The notes under the pieces: model-generated
Database searches by the model: none
The model's input: the letters and a program-made list of their open reading frames with translations, nothing else
What the model was told of the DNA's origin: nothing
Program-made: the position numbers and the translations under genes
In this document: one piece after another, positions 1-9,689 of the stretch
How the letters are laid out: every line of letters begins with the position of its first letter
How positions within the stretch are numbered: position 1 is the first letter of the stretch
Assembly: GCA_015657635.1 (NCBI GenBank)
Contig: JACDQM010000034.1
Coordinates: 9,925 to 73,924 of the forward strand
Length of the DNA stretch: 64,000 bases
Origin: Roseateles sp.
Lineage (GTDB): Bacteria > Pseudomonadota > Gammaproteobacteria > Burkholderiales > Burkholderiaceae_C
Direction: 5' to 3'

Positions 1-143
1 GTCTCGGTCGGCTCGGAGACGTTGACGCCGACGATGTCCGCCCCGGCTTCAGCCAGCGCCAAGGCCATGCCCTGCCCCAGCCCGGTATTGCAGCCGGTGA
101 CGATGGCGACGCGGCCGCTCAGTTGGAAGTTGTCCAGAATCAT
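1..143 (-). CDS. kduD: 2-dehydro-3-deoxy-D-gluconate 5-dehydrogenase (KduD, SDR family); N-terminal part only, gene runs off the left edge
   Basis: My reverse translation from ATG (complement of 141-143) gives MILDNFQLSGRVAIVTGCNTGLGQGMALALAEAGADIVGVNVSEPTE. This carries the SDR Rossmann TGxxxGxG motif. The gene lies directly downstream of kduI on the same strand. Confidence 0.8.
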   Translation of the reverse strand, partial: MILDNFQLSGRVAIVTGCNTGLGQGMALALAEAGADIVGVNVSEPTE

Positions 144-158
144 GGCTATGCCTTGTAC

Positions 159-995
159 TCAGCGCAGGGTGGTCATGGGCACATGGTCCATGTCCTTGAA
201 GACCTGGTTCTCGCCCACCATGCCCCAGATGAAGGTGTAAGCCTGGGTGCCGACGCCGGAGTGGATGCTCCAGCTCGGGCTGATCACGGCCTGCTCATTG
301 CGCACCACCAGGTGGCGGGTCTCGGTCGGCTCGCCCAGCATGTGGAAGACTGCCGCCTGCTCGCTCATGTCGAAGTAGAAGTAGACCTCCATGCGGCGGT
401 CATGCGTGTGGCAGGGCATGGTGTTCCACAGGCTGCCAGGCTCCAGCTGGGTCATGCCCATCAGCAGCTGGCAGGTGGGCAGCACGTCGGGCACCAGGAA
501 CTTGTAGATGGTGCGGCGGTTGCTGGTTTCCGGCGCGCCCAGGGTCTCGGGCGAAGCCTCGGCCAGCGTCACCTTGCGGTGCGGATAGGCGGTGTGGGCC
601 GGTGCGCAGTTGAAATAGAGCTTGGCCGGCGTGGCGGCATCGACGCTGGCGAACTCCAGCTGCTTGGCGCCCTGGCCCACATACAGGGCCTCGCGCGGGC
701 CGATCTCGAAGAGCTGGCCATCCACCGTGACGCGCGCTGCGCCGCCGATATTGATCAGGCCCAGCTCGCGGCGCTGCAGGAAGAAGTCGGTGCCGGTGTG
801 CTTGCCCAGCTCCGGAGAAAAAGTCACCGGCTTGGCCACAGGCATGATGCCGCCGACGATGATGCGGTCGATCTGGCTGTAGGTCAGCGTGGCCTCGTCG
901 GCCTTGAACAGGGTCTCGACCAGAAAGTGGCGGCGCAGGCCGCTGGTGTCCAGCGTGCGGGCGTGCTCGCTGTGAATGGGTTGGCGGATTTCCAT
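159..995 (-). CDS. kduI: 5-dehydro-4-deoxy-D-glucuronate isomerase (KduI)
   Basis: Track ORF 159..1028. I moved the start to the internal ATG at 995 ([17 protein letters not shown]...), giving 278 aa. KduI-type motifs include [40 protein letters not shown] and IWGMVGENQ. Confidence 0.93.
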   Translation of the reverse strand: MEIRQPIHSEHARTLDTSGLRRHFLVETLFKADEATLTYSQIDRIIVGGIMPVAKPVTFSPELGKHTGTDFFLQRRELGLINIGGAARVTVDGQLFEIGPREALYVGQGAKQLEFASVDAATPAKLYFNCAPAHTAYPHRKVTLAEASPETLGAPETSNRRTIYKFLVPDVLPTCQLLMGMTQLEPGSLWNTMPCHTHDRRMEVYFYFDMSEQAAVFHMLGEPTETRHLVVRNEQAVISPSWSIHSGVGTQAYTFIWGMVGENQVFKDMDHVPMTTLR

Positions 996-1097
996 GGACG
1001 GTCCTCGGTTGGGCCGCAGCCTGTACAAACGGCTGCGGCAGATGTCATGGGGCGCAAGCGTAACCCCGACTGGGACTTTCCCGGAATCATGGTTTCT

Positions 1098-1124
1098 ATT
1101 TAGTGAACCACTGTTTCATTTATT
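1098..1124. promoter_or_regulatory. KdgR-like operator candidate in the kduI<>kdgF divergent region
   Basis: Sequence atttaGTGAACcaCTGTTTCAtttatt is an imperfect TGAAAC-N3-GTTTCA palindrome in an AT-rich context. It shares the core ...GAAMC-N3-GTTTC-rTTATT with the site at 11211-11233. Confidence 0.55.
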
Positions 1125-1172
1125 CGCAGGCTCGGTATAGTTGCCCTCAACACAGCCGGAGTACCGCCTGCC

Positions 1173-1520
1173 ATGAGTTCCTCTTCCACCTTCTTCGACA
1201 ACGCCGCCACGCCCTGGACTGACCTGGGCGACGGCATCCGCCGCAAGATCGTCGGCCACACGCCCGAGTTGATGTCGGTGCTGGTGCAGTTCGACCGCGG
1301 CGCCATCGGCACCCCGCATGCCCATGACGCGCATGACCAGATCGCCTATGTGGTGTCGGGCGCCTTCGAAGCCGAGATCGATGGCGTCAAGCGCGTGCTG
1401 CGCGTCGGTGATGCCTTCGTCGCACCGCGCCTGACCATGCACGGCGTGGTCGCGCTGGAAGCCGACAGCACCTTGCTGGACCAGTTTTCACCGCGCCGAG
1501 ACGATTACCTGACCACCTGA
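1173..1520 (+). CDS. kdgF: small cupin protein, KdgF-like (unsaturated uronate linearisation)
   Basis: 115-aa single cupin with a His-rich metal motif (GTPHAHDAHDQIAYVVSG...MHGV). Its size and its position divergent from kduID are typical of KdgF. Confidence 0.7.
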   Translation: MSSSSTFFDNAATPWTDLGDGIRRKIVGHTPELMSVLVQFDRGAIGTPHAHDAHDQIAYVVSGAFEAEIDGVKRVLRVGDAFVAPRLTMHGVVALEADSTLLDQFSPRRDDYLTT

Positions 1521-1657
1521 AGCACCACGCGGGCTGCACTGCAGTGGCCTGCGAAACCTGAGGCGACCTGCGTTCGCCCTCCGAGACACAGATCCACGGC
1601 CGCGCCTCGCAGACCGATAGATGGCGCGGACTGACAGCAAAACTACGGAGACAAACC

Positions 1658-4623
1658 ATGAACTCATCGCGCCGCAAGTCGCCTCATTTCCATCTTGCCC
1701 GCCCAGCCATCACGCTGGCAGCACTCGCCCTCATTTCCTCAGCACAGGCACAGCAGAGCGCGCCTGTAGCAGCACCCGCAGCCGCCGGCGCCAAGTCCGG
1801 CTCGCTGGAAACCGTGGTTGTCAGTGGCTTCCGCGCCTCGCTGGAAAGCGCCCTGAACAAGAAGCGCACCGACAACGGCATCGTCGACGCCATCACCGCG
1901 GAAGACATTGCCAAGTTCCCGGATACCAACCTGGCTGAAAGCCTTCAGCGCATTCCGGGCGTCGTGATTGACCGCGATGCCGGCGAAGGTCGCTCCATCA
2001 CCGTGCGCGGCCTGGGCAGCGACTTCACCCGTGTGCGCATCAACGGCATCGAGGCCCTCGCCACCACGGGCGGCGCCGACAGCTCCGGCGGCAACAACCG
2101 CAGCCGCGGCTTCGACTTCAACGTCTTCGCATCCGAACTGTTCAGCAGCGTCACGGTTCGCAAGAGCGCCAGCGCCGATGTCGAAGAGGGTTCGCTGGGC
2201 GCGACGGTCGACCTGTCGACCACCCGGCCCTTCGACCTCAAGGGCTTCGTTTCCTCGGTGTCCGTGCAGGGTCGCCACAACGACCTGTCGGGCAAGACCG
2301 ATCCGCGCCTGGCCTTCCTGGTCAGCAACACCTTTGCAGACCGCAAGTTCGGCGCACTGCTGTCCGCCGCTTACTCCAAGCGCAATCTCTATGAAGACCT
2401 GTTCGGCACCGGCCGTTGGGACAATGGCCCATCGTCAGGCGGATGGTGCGCGCCCACCGGCGTGGCGGCCAACCCGGCCGGTTCCACCACCCATTGCGGC
2501 CCGGCCGCACAAGGCGTTCTGCGCGTGCCCGGCACGCCGGAAAACATCGCGGCCTACAACCTCGCCAGCAAGCCCGAGAACTTCCATCCACGCCTGCCGC
2601 GCTACGGCCGCCTGACCCATGTGCAGGACCGCCTGGGCGTGACCGCGTCATTCCAGTTCAAGCCGATGGACGGCACGCTGGCCTCGCTTGACCTGATGTA
2701 CGCCAAGCTCGATGCCACGCGGCAGGAGGACTACCTCTCGACCTTCTCGTTCAGCCGGGCCATCACAGGCGGCGGCAAGCCGCAGGTCACCGTGCTCGAT
2801 GCGCAGTACGCGCCGAACGGTTCGCTCCTGTATGGCCGCTACAACGGCGTCGACGTGCGCGCCGAATCGCGTTACGACGAGCTATCGACCGTCTACACCC
2901 AGCCGACGCTGACGTTGGAGCATGCAGTCAGCGACACCGTCAAGCTGACCGCACGAGCCGGCCGTGCGCAGTCGAAGTTCCGCAACCCCATACAGACCAC
3001 CACCACGCTGGATGCGGCCAACGTCAATGGCTACACGCTGGACTTCCGCGGCAACAGCCGCCTGCCAGTCATCGGCTATCCGATCGACGTCACCCAAGCG
3101 GGCGGCCCGATGACCCTGATCAGCGTGCCGCAGGTGAGCTCGGGCACACAGCCCAGCAGCATCGCCAACTCGCTGCCCAGCGAAATCCGCATCCGCCCGC
3201 AAGGCAGCACAAACATCAATGATGTGGCCCAACTCAACGTCTCCTGGGATGCACTGCCCAGCGTGACCCTCAAGGCCGGCGCGGACTACAAGCGCTACAC
3301 CTTCGACACCTTCGAGTTCCGCCGGGTCAACCAGGGCGACACCATCTTCGCGCCGCCCGCCGGCACCACGGTCGCGCAGCTGACAACCACTCGCAGCCTG
3401 GATGGATCGTCGCTGGGCATTCCGGCTGGAACACCAGCAGCTGGGCGATCCCGAACCTGCCGGCCATCGTTGCTGCCTACGACATCTACTGCAACTGCAT
3501 CAAGAGCGGCCCCGCCGGCGGACCTGGCGACTTCACGCTCTCGTCGATCACCAACGGCAACGCACGCGGCAACAATCGCAGCGCGCAGGAAACCGACACC
3601 GGCGGCTGGCTGATGGCCGACTTCGACACCAAGTTGATGAACGTTCCGGTGCGCGGCAATGTGGGCGTTCGCTACGTCAAGACCGATCTGAGAAGCGTCG
3701 GCTACCTGGCGACCGGCGGTGGCACCGAGGTCGTCGTCGACAACAGCTACAACGATGTGCTGCCTTCCTTGAACGTGGCAGCCAATCTTTCGCGCGACCT
3801 GATTCTGCGGGCCGGTGCGGCGAAGGTGATGTCGCGCCCGCAACTCGGCAACCTGAGCCCGGGCGGCAGCATCAACACCACGGGCCAGCTGTCGATCGCG
3901 ACTGGCAATCCTTTCCTCAAGCCGTTCCGGGCCAAGACTTTCGACACCAGCGTTGAGTGGTATCACGACAAGACGGCCTTCGTCGGACTGGGCCTGTTCT
4001 ACAAGAAGATCGACACCTACATCCAGAGCCTGCGCAACAACATTCCGTACAACCAGACCGGCTTCCCGCTGTCCCTGCTGCCATCAAACTTCACAGGCAA
4101 CGAAGTCTTCCAGGTCACCACGCCCATCAACACCAGCGGCGGCGACCTGTCGGGCTTCGAGCTGAACGTCCAGCAGCCCTTCACCTTCCTGCCCGCCTGG
4201 GGCAAGAACTTCGGCGTGCTGCTGAACTACACGCAGGTCAAGTCCAAGATCGATTACCAAGTCTCGCCGACCAGCAGCGCCGTCATCCGTGATGACCTGC
4301 TGAATCTCAGCCCCAAGTCGGCAAATGCGACGCTCTACTATGACGACGGCAAGTTCAGCGCCCGCGTCTCGGCGTCCAAGCGCAGTGCCTTCCTGACCCG
4401 AGTGCCCGGCCAGAACAACAACGACGTCGAGGGCAAGAACGGCAGCACCTATGTGGACATGTCGATCTCCTACAAGATGAACGACAAGCTTGAGTTCACG
4501 CTGCAGGGTGTGAACCTGACGAACGAAGCCAGCGACTTCTTCATCAGCCGCGCACGCAATGACGTTGTCTCCTACAACGTCACCGGCCGCGAGTTCCTGT
4601 TCGGGGCGCGCTACAAGTTCTGA
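1658..4623 (+). pseudogene. TonB-dependent outer-membrane receptor, interrupted by one apparent single-base frame break near 3430-3445 (true pseudogene or sequencing indel)
   Basis: The frame-2 ORF 1658..3613 has a signal peptide (LAALALISSAQA) and a plug domain (LETVVVSGFR, DAITAEDIAKFPDTNLAESLQRIPGV, RGLGSDFTRVRINGIE). Its last ~60 aa (PAAGRSRTCRPSLLPTTSTAT...) are junk. My frame-1 translation from ~3433 reads SSWAIPNLPAIVAAYDIYCNC...GDFTLSSITNGNARGNNRSAQETDTGGWLMADFDTKL. It runs into track ORF 3613..4623, which ends in the receptor-type terminal strand FGARYKF. Confidence 0.85.
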
Positions 4624-4625
4624 GC

Positions 4626-6653
4626 ATGCTTCGTCATGTCATCGGAAGCTTGTGCCTGATGGCGTCTGTCGCTCACGCAGCCGCACCGACCGTGCTGCTC
4701 GTGGGTGACAGCACCATGGCGCCGCAGACCGGCTACGGCGAAGCACTGTGCCAGCGCCTGGAGCCTGCAGCCTTGTGCCTAAACCTGGGGCGTGGCGGCC
4801 GCAGCACTTTGAGTTATCGGGAGGAGGGCTTGTGGGACCGTGCGCTGGCTCGCGTCAGCGCACGGTCGGCAGGCAGCCAAGCCCATGTGCTGATCCAGTT
4901 CGGCCACAACGACCAACCCGGCAAGCCGGGCCGCTCCACCGACCTGGCCCGCGAGTACCCGGCCAACCTGGTTCGCTACATCCAGGACCTGCGTGCCGTC
5001 CAGGCGCAGCCTGTGCTGGTGACGCCGCTGACGCGCCGCCTGTTCAAGGCCGGCGTGCTGCAGGATGATCTGCAGCCCTGGGCGGAGGCGATGCGCACCG
5101 TCGCCCGAGAGCAGCAGGTGCCGCTGGTGGACCTGCACGCCCTCAGCATGGCCGCCGTGCGAGAGCTGGGCAGTCCGGCAGCGGATGCGCTGGCCCAGGC
5201 CGCGCTAGGGCAGCCCGCCTTCGACCACACCCACCTGGGGCCGCGCGGCGCCTGCCTGTTCGCCGAACTGCTGTCGCGCGAACTGGCCCGCCAGGTGCGT
5301 GCGCTGGATCTGCCGCGCAGCGCACAGCCCGACTGCGCCAGCGTGCCCGCTCCGTCGGCCGAGCCGATGGCTGCCGCAGCGCCCTTTCCCTTGCACCGCG
5401 CCAGCTACCAGCATTCCGGCTGGGCTGTCGGCACGCTGGGCGGGCGCGGCGGACGCATCATCAAGGTGACGACGCTGAAGGACAGCGGCCCCGGCTCATT
5501 GCGTGCAGCCCTGGAGGCCGAAGGCCCGCGCATCGTGGTGTTCGAGGTCGGCGGCGTCATCGACCTGCAAGGAAGCGCGCTGGAGATCCGCCACCCCTTC
5601 GTGACAGTGGCCGGTCAGACGGCGCCTGAACCCGGCATCACCCTCATCAAGGGCGAGCTGAACATCCGCAGCCATGACGTGATCATTCAGCACCTCAGTG
5701 TGCGCCCTGGCGCCTTCGGCCGCGCCAAGCGCAGCGGCGCCGACCATGACGGCATTGCCACCAATGCCGGCGCGCACCAGGTGATCGTCGACCACTGCAG
5801 CTTTTCCTGGGCGACGGACGAGAACCTGTCGATTGGCGGGCCGCGCTTCGAAGGCCCTGACCCGGCCGCCTGGCGACGTGCCACCTCGCACGAGATCACC
5901 TACAGCAACAACCTGATCTACGAGGGGCTGGCCGACAGCGTGCACCCCAAGGGCGAACACTCCAAGGGCAGCCTGGTGCACGACAACGCCTCGGGCGTTC
6001 TGCTGCTCGGGAACATCTACGCCAGCAACCGCGAGCGCAACGCCTTGTTCAAAGGTGGCGTGCATGCCGCGATGGTCAACAACCTGATCTACAACCCGGG
6101 CGCCAGGGCCGTGCACTACAACCTGATCGCTCATGAATGGCAGGGCCGGCGCTACGAGACCGGCAAGCTTGCGCTGGTGGGTAATGCACTGCGCTACGGG
6201 CCTGACACGCCGCCCGGCACAGCGCTGTTCAGCCTGGGCGGGCACGGCGATCTGGAGTTGCACCTATCCGACAACATCGCCGTCGATGCCAATGGCCACG
6301 GTGTGGCGCAGACCGGCCGCTACACCTCGGGATCGGCCCGCATGCTGCCTGCCGGCAGCGCCGAGCGCCCGGCCTACCTACCACCACGCCTGCGCGTCTT
6401 GCCGGCCGCACAGCTGGAGGACCACATTTTTCTGACGGCGGGTGCCCGCCCCTGGAACCGCGACCCGATCGACTTCAAGCTGCTGTCGGACGTCGCCGAA
6501 GGTCGCGGCCGCATCATCGACAGCGAAACCGAGTCGAGCGGCTACCCCCGCTACCCCGCGACCACGCGTGCCTTCGACCCCGCGGCCTGGCATTTGCATG
6601 ACATGAGCCCCAAGGCCGGCTGGGATTCCCTGTTTTCCAAGAGCAAGCCATGA
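4626..6653 (+). CDS. secreted bifunctional pectin enzyme: N-terminal SGNH/GDSL esterase (CE12, rhamnogalacturonan/pectin acetylesterase-like) fused to a C-terminal PL1-type pectate lyase
   Basis: There is a signal peptide (MASVAHAAAP). SGNH blocks are VGDSTM, GRGGRS, GHND and FDHTHLGPRGA. From about aa 255 a parallel beta-helix lyase pattern follows: GGRGGRIIKVTTL, PRIVVFEVGGVIDL, VAGQTAPEPGITL, HDVIIQHLSVRPG and VIVDHCSFSWATDENLS. Confidence 0.8.
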   Translation: MLRHVIGSLCLMASVAHAAAPTVLLVGDSTMAPQTGYGEALCQRLEPAALCLNLGRGGRSTLSYREEGLWDRALARVSARSAGSQAHVLIQFGHNDQPGKPGRSTDLAREYPANLVRYIQDLRAVQAQPVLVTPLTRRLFKAGVLQDDLQPWAEAMRTVAREQQVPLVDLHALSMAAVRELGSPAADALAQAALGQPAFDHTHLGPRGACLFAELLSRELARQVRALDLPRSAQPDCASVPAPSAEPMAAAAPFPLHRASYQHSGWAVGTLGGRGGRIIKVTTLKDSGPGSLRAALEAEGPRIVVFEVGGVIDLQGSALEIRHPFVTVAGQTAPEPGITLIKGELNIRSHDVIIQHLSVRPGAFGRAKRSGADHDGIATNAGAHQVIVDHCSFSWATDENLSIGGPRFEGPDPAAWRRATSHEITYSNNLIYEGLADSVHPKGEHSKGSLVHDNASGVLLLGNIYASNRERNALFKGGVHAAMVNNLIYNPGARAVHYNLIAHEWQGRRYETGKLALVGNALRYGPDTPPGTALFSLGGHGDLELHLSDNIAVDANGHGVAQTGRYTSGSARMLPAGSAERPAYLPPRLRVLPAAQLEDHIFLTAGARPWNRDPIDFKLLSDVAEGRGRIIDSETESSGYPRYPATTRAFDPAAWHLHDMSPKAGWDSLFSKSKP

Positions 6654-8247
6654 ACAAAGACCTGTCCCGCCGGCACCTGCTGGGCGCCAGCCTGGGCGCG
6701 GGCCTATTGAGCGCCTGTGGCACCGTGCCACCCACCCCGTCGCCGCAATGGCCAGCGGGCGTGGAAGGCCAGCGCCGCGCCGATCTGGGCAACGGCACCT
6801 ACCTGAACCCGGTGCTGGCCGGCGACCGACCCGACCCCACGGTGCTGAAGGACGGCCGCGACTACTACATGACCCACTCGTCCTTCGAGGCCAACCCGGG
6901 GCTGCTGATCTGGCACTCGCGGGACCTAGTGAACTGGCAGCCCATCGGCAATGCGCTGAACGAGTACCTGGGCAGTGTGTGGGCGCCCGAGCTGACCAAA
7001 CATGCCGGCCGCTACTACCTCTATGTACCGACCAAGCACCCGCAGGGCAATGACATCTGGGTGCTGCACGCCGACAACATCCGCGGCCCCTGGTCCAAAC
7101 CGGTGGCGCTGGGCATCGACAAGATCGATCCCGGCCATGCGGTGGACGCGCAGGGGCGGCGCTTCCTATTCCTGAGCGCCGGCTTGCGCGCGCGCCTCAG
7201 CGACGATGGGCTGAAGGCCATCGGGCCGCTTGAAAAAGTCTATGAGGGCTGGCAGTACCCGGAGGAATGGGACGTGGAGGGCTTTGCGCAGGAAGGCCCG
7301 AAGATGACCTGGCATGCCGGCTGGTGGCACATGACCACGGCCCTGGGCGGCACGGCCGGCCCACCCACCGGCCATATGGTGGTGCATGCGCGGGCCCGGA
7401 CCCTCGATGGACCGTGGGAGAACTCGCCCTACAACCCCATCTTGCGCACGCGCCACATCAGCGAGGCCTGGTGGTCGCGCGGCCATGGCACGCTGGTGGA
7501 AGGCCCGACCGCCGGCGACTGGTACATGATGCTGCACGGCTACGAGAACAACCACCGCACCCTGGGCCGGCAGACGCTGCTGGAGCCGGTGCAATGGACG
7601 CCGGACGGCTGGTACCGCAGCCGCTATCCCGATGCCGGCAGCCCGCTGCCCGCGCCACGCGGCGGCTCGCCCGTGCCGCACGGCATGCGCCTGTCCGACG
7701 ATTTCAGTGCGCCCAGCTGGGCGCAGTGGAGCTTCTTCCGCGGCGATGCGCAGGACCCGGGCCGGTGCGCGTGGGTGGCGGCGTGCTCGATCTGGCCTGC
7801 CGCGGCAACGGGCCGGCCAGCAGCGCACCGCTGTGCTTTGTCAGTGGCGACCGCAACTACCAAGTCGAGGTGGACATCGACTTCGACGCGCAGGCGCAGG
7901 CCGGCCTGCTGCTGTTCTACAACGACAAGCTCTATGCCGGCTTGGGCGTCGACGCCAAGGGCTTCTGGCTGCACCGCTACGGGCAGGACCAGCGCCGCGG
8001 CAACACGCCGCCCGGCGCGGAACGCCGGCTGCGGGTGCGGGTGACGCTGCGCGATCACATCCTCACCCTGCACACCCGGCACGCGGGCAGCGAGCGCTGG
8101 GTCAAGTACGGCACGCAGATGGAAGTCTCGGGCTATCACCACAACGTGGCCGGCGGCTTCATGAGCCTGCGCCCGGCGATCTATGCGGCCGGTCAGGGAC
8201 GCGTGCGCTTTGGCAAGCTGGTCTATCGAGCCATGGAGTCCACTTGA
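6650..8247 (+). pseudogene. glycoside hydrolase family 43 (beta-xylosidase/arabinofuranosidase-like) lipoprotein with C-terminal concanavalin-like domain; one apparent frame break near 7755-7765
   Basis: The frame-2 ORF 6650..8044 starts MNKDLSRRHLLGASLGAGLLSACG (Tat-like motif plus lipobox). It carries the GH43 core (DPTVLKDGRDYYMTHSS, VWAPELTKHAGRYYLY, IDPGHAVD, EGPKMTW) and turns to junk after FFRGDAQDPGR. Frame 1 continues VRVGGGVLDLACRGNGPASSAPLCFVSGDRNYQVEVDIDFD...FGKLVYRAMEST to the stop at 8247. The ATGA start overlaps the upstream stop. Confidence 0.8.
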
Positions 8248-9572
8248 ACGCAAGCCCGACACTGCGGTGCTGCGCTGGCTTGTTCGTGTTCGCAGGAATG
8301 TGGGCATCGTCAGCAGCCGCCGTCATCGGCAGCATCCCACCGGCTCCCCCCTTGAGCCCGGCGCGCGTGGCTGCGCTGACAGAGCCCGAGCGCAGTGCCT
8401 GGGTCAGCTACCTGGCCGCATCGGCGCGTCAGATGCAGGCGGACCGGACCGCACTGGCGGCCGAACGCCGCCCCGGCACCGCCGTGCCGGCGCCGCCGGC
8501 CTCGGGCAAGAGCGAAGCCAGCATGCCGCTTGACCGGCCGGCGGCCTGGTATGCCAGCGCCGAAGCCTTGCGCGTGGCCGACAACATCGTGAGCTTCCAG
8601 ACGCCGGCCGGTGGCTGGGGCAAGAACCAGCCGCGTGACCAGCCGCCGCGTCTGCTCGGCCAGGCCTTTGTGACCAGCAATGCGTCGGCCTTTGCACAGG
8701 CCGGCGACTTTGACTCGCAACAGGAACGCGAATGGAGCTATGCGGGCACCATCGACAACGATGCGACCCTGACCGAGATCCGCTTTCTGGCCCAGGTGCA
8801 GGCCGCCTTGCCCACGGCCGCGTCCGTGGCCTACCGCGCTGCGGCCATCAAGGGCCTGAAGTACCTGCTGAGCGCCCAGTTTCCGAATGGGGGTTGGCCA
8901 CAGGTCTGGCCGCTGCAGGGCGGCTACCACGATGCCATCACCCTCAACGACGACGCGATGGTGGGCGTGGCCAGCCTGCTGGGGGACGTGGCCACGGGCC
9001 GCAGCCCCTTCGACTTCGTGCCGCCCGCCTTGCGCAGCGAGGCGGCGGCAGCACAGCAGCGCGCCAACAGCCTGCTGCTTGCGCTGCAGATCAGCGTCAA
9101 CGGGCGCCGCCTGCTGTGGGCGCAGCAGCACGATGCGCTGACTCTGGTGCCGGTTTCGGCTCGCAACTATGAGCCGCCAGCGCTGAGCAGTTCAGAGAGC
9201 GCCGCGGTACTGATGTACCTGATGCGCCTGCCCCAGCCCGACGCCGACACAGTCGCAGCGGTGGAGGCTGCGGTCCGGACCCTGCGCGAGCTGGAAATCT
9301 TCGATCAGGTCTGGGAGCGACCCGCTGGCGCCACGGCGCGCAGCCTGCGCCAGCAGCCCGGCGCCCGGCACCTGTGGGCGCGCTACTACGATGTGCAGTC
9401 CTTGACACCACGCTTCGGCGACCGCGACAAATCCTTGTACGACGATGTGGCCGACGTCAGCCCCGAGCGCCGCAACGGCTACGCCTGGTTCGTGACCTCG
9501 CCCAGGGCCGCACTCCAGGCCTATGAGCGCTGGCCGCATCGCAAGCCCAATCCCGCTGGCCCAGGCCAGTGA
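8244..9572 (+). CDS. pectate lyase, PL10 (PelA/Pel-15E-like)
   Basis: This is the C-terminal ~440 aa of track ORF 7632..9572. Diagnostic motifs are VSFQTPAGGWGKN, GTIDNDATLTEIRFL, LLSAQFPNGGWPQVWPL, ITLNDDAM and WARYYD. A TTG start at 8244 (TTGA overlap with the GH43 stop) gives a plausible signal peptide (...LFVFAGMWASSAAA|V). The first ATG (8298) would give no signal peptide. Confidence 0.8.
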   Translation: MNASPTLRCCAGLFVFAGMWASSAAAVIGSIPPAPPLSPARVAALTEPERSAWVSYLAASARQMQADRTALAAERRPGTAVPAPPASGKSEASMPLDRPAAWYASAEALRVADNIVSFQTPAGGWGKNQPRDQPPRLLGQAFVTSNASAFAQAGDFDSQQEREWSYAGTIDNDATLTEIRFLAQVQAALPTAASVAYRAAAIKGLKYLLSAQFPNGGWPQVWPLQGGYHDAITLNDDAMVGVASLLGDVATGRSPFDFVPPALRSEAAAAQQRANSLLLALQISVNGRRLLWAQQHDALTLVPVSARNYEPPALSSSESAAVLMYLMRLPQPDADTVAAVEAAVRTLRELEIFDQVWERPAGATARSLRQQPGARHLWARYYDVQSLTPRFGDRDKSLYDDVADVSPERRNGYAWFVTSPRAALQAYERWPHRKPNPAGPGQ

Positions 9573-9576
9573 AGGC

Positions 9577-9600
9577 GCCGGCTCTTCAGGAAGGGCCGGC
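9577..9600 (+). terminator. GC-rich hairpin after the PL10 gene (no U-tract)
   Basis: gccggctctt-cagg-aagggccggc forms a 10-bp stem with one G-U pair and a 4-nt loop, 5 nt after the stop codon. Confidence 0.35.
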
Positions 9601-9689
9601 ATCGCTTGCGCTGCGGGTGCGGATGCACGGCTGCTAACGAACAGGCATAGGCTGCGCGCGCGCTCCGCCCTGCCCCGTCCACCCCTGCC

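Noticed and set aside
7632-8243. N-terminal ~200 aa of track ORF 7632..9572, which would make the PL10 lyase 646 aa
   Set aside because: This part overlaps the GH43 gene in another frame and translates to Arg/Ala/Pro junk. The PL10 homology and a credible signal peptide begin only at TTG 8244.
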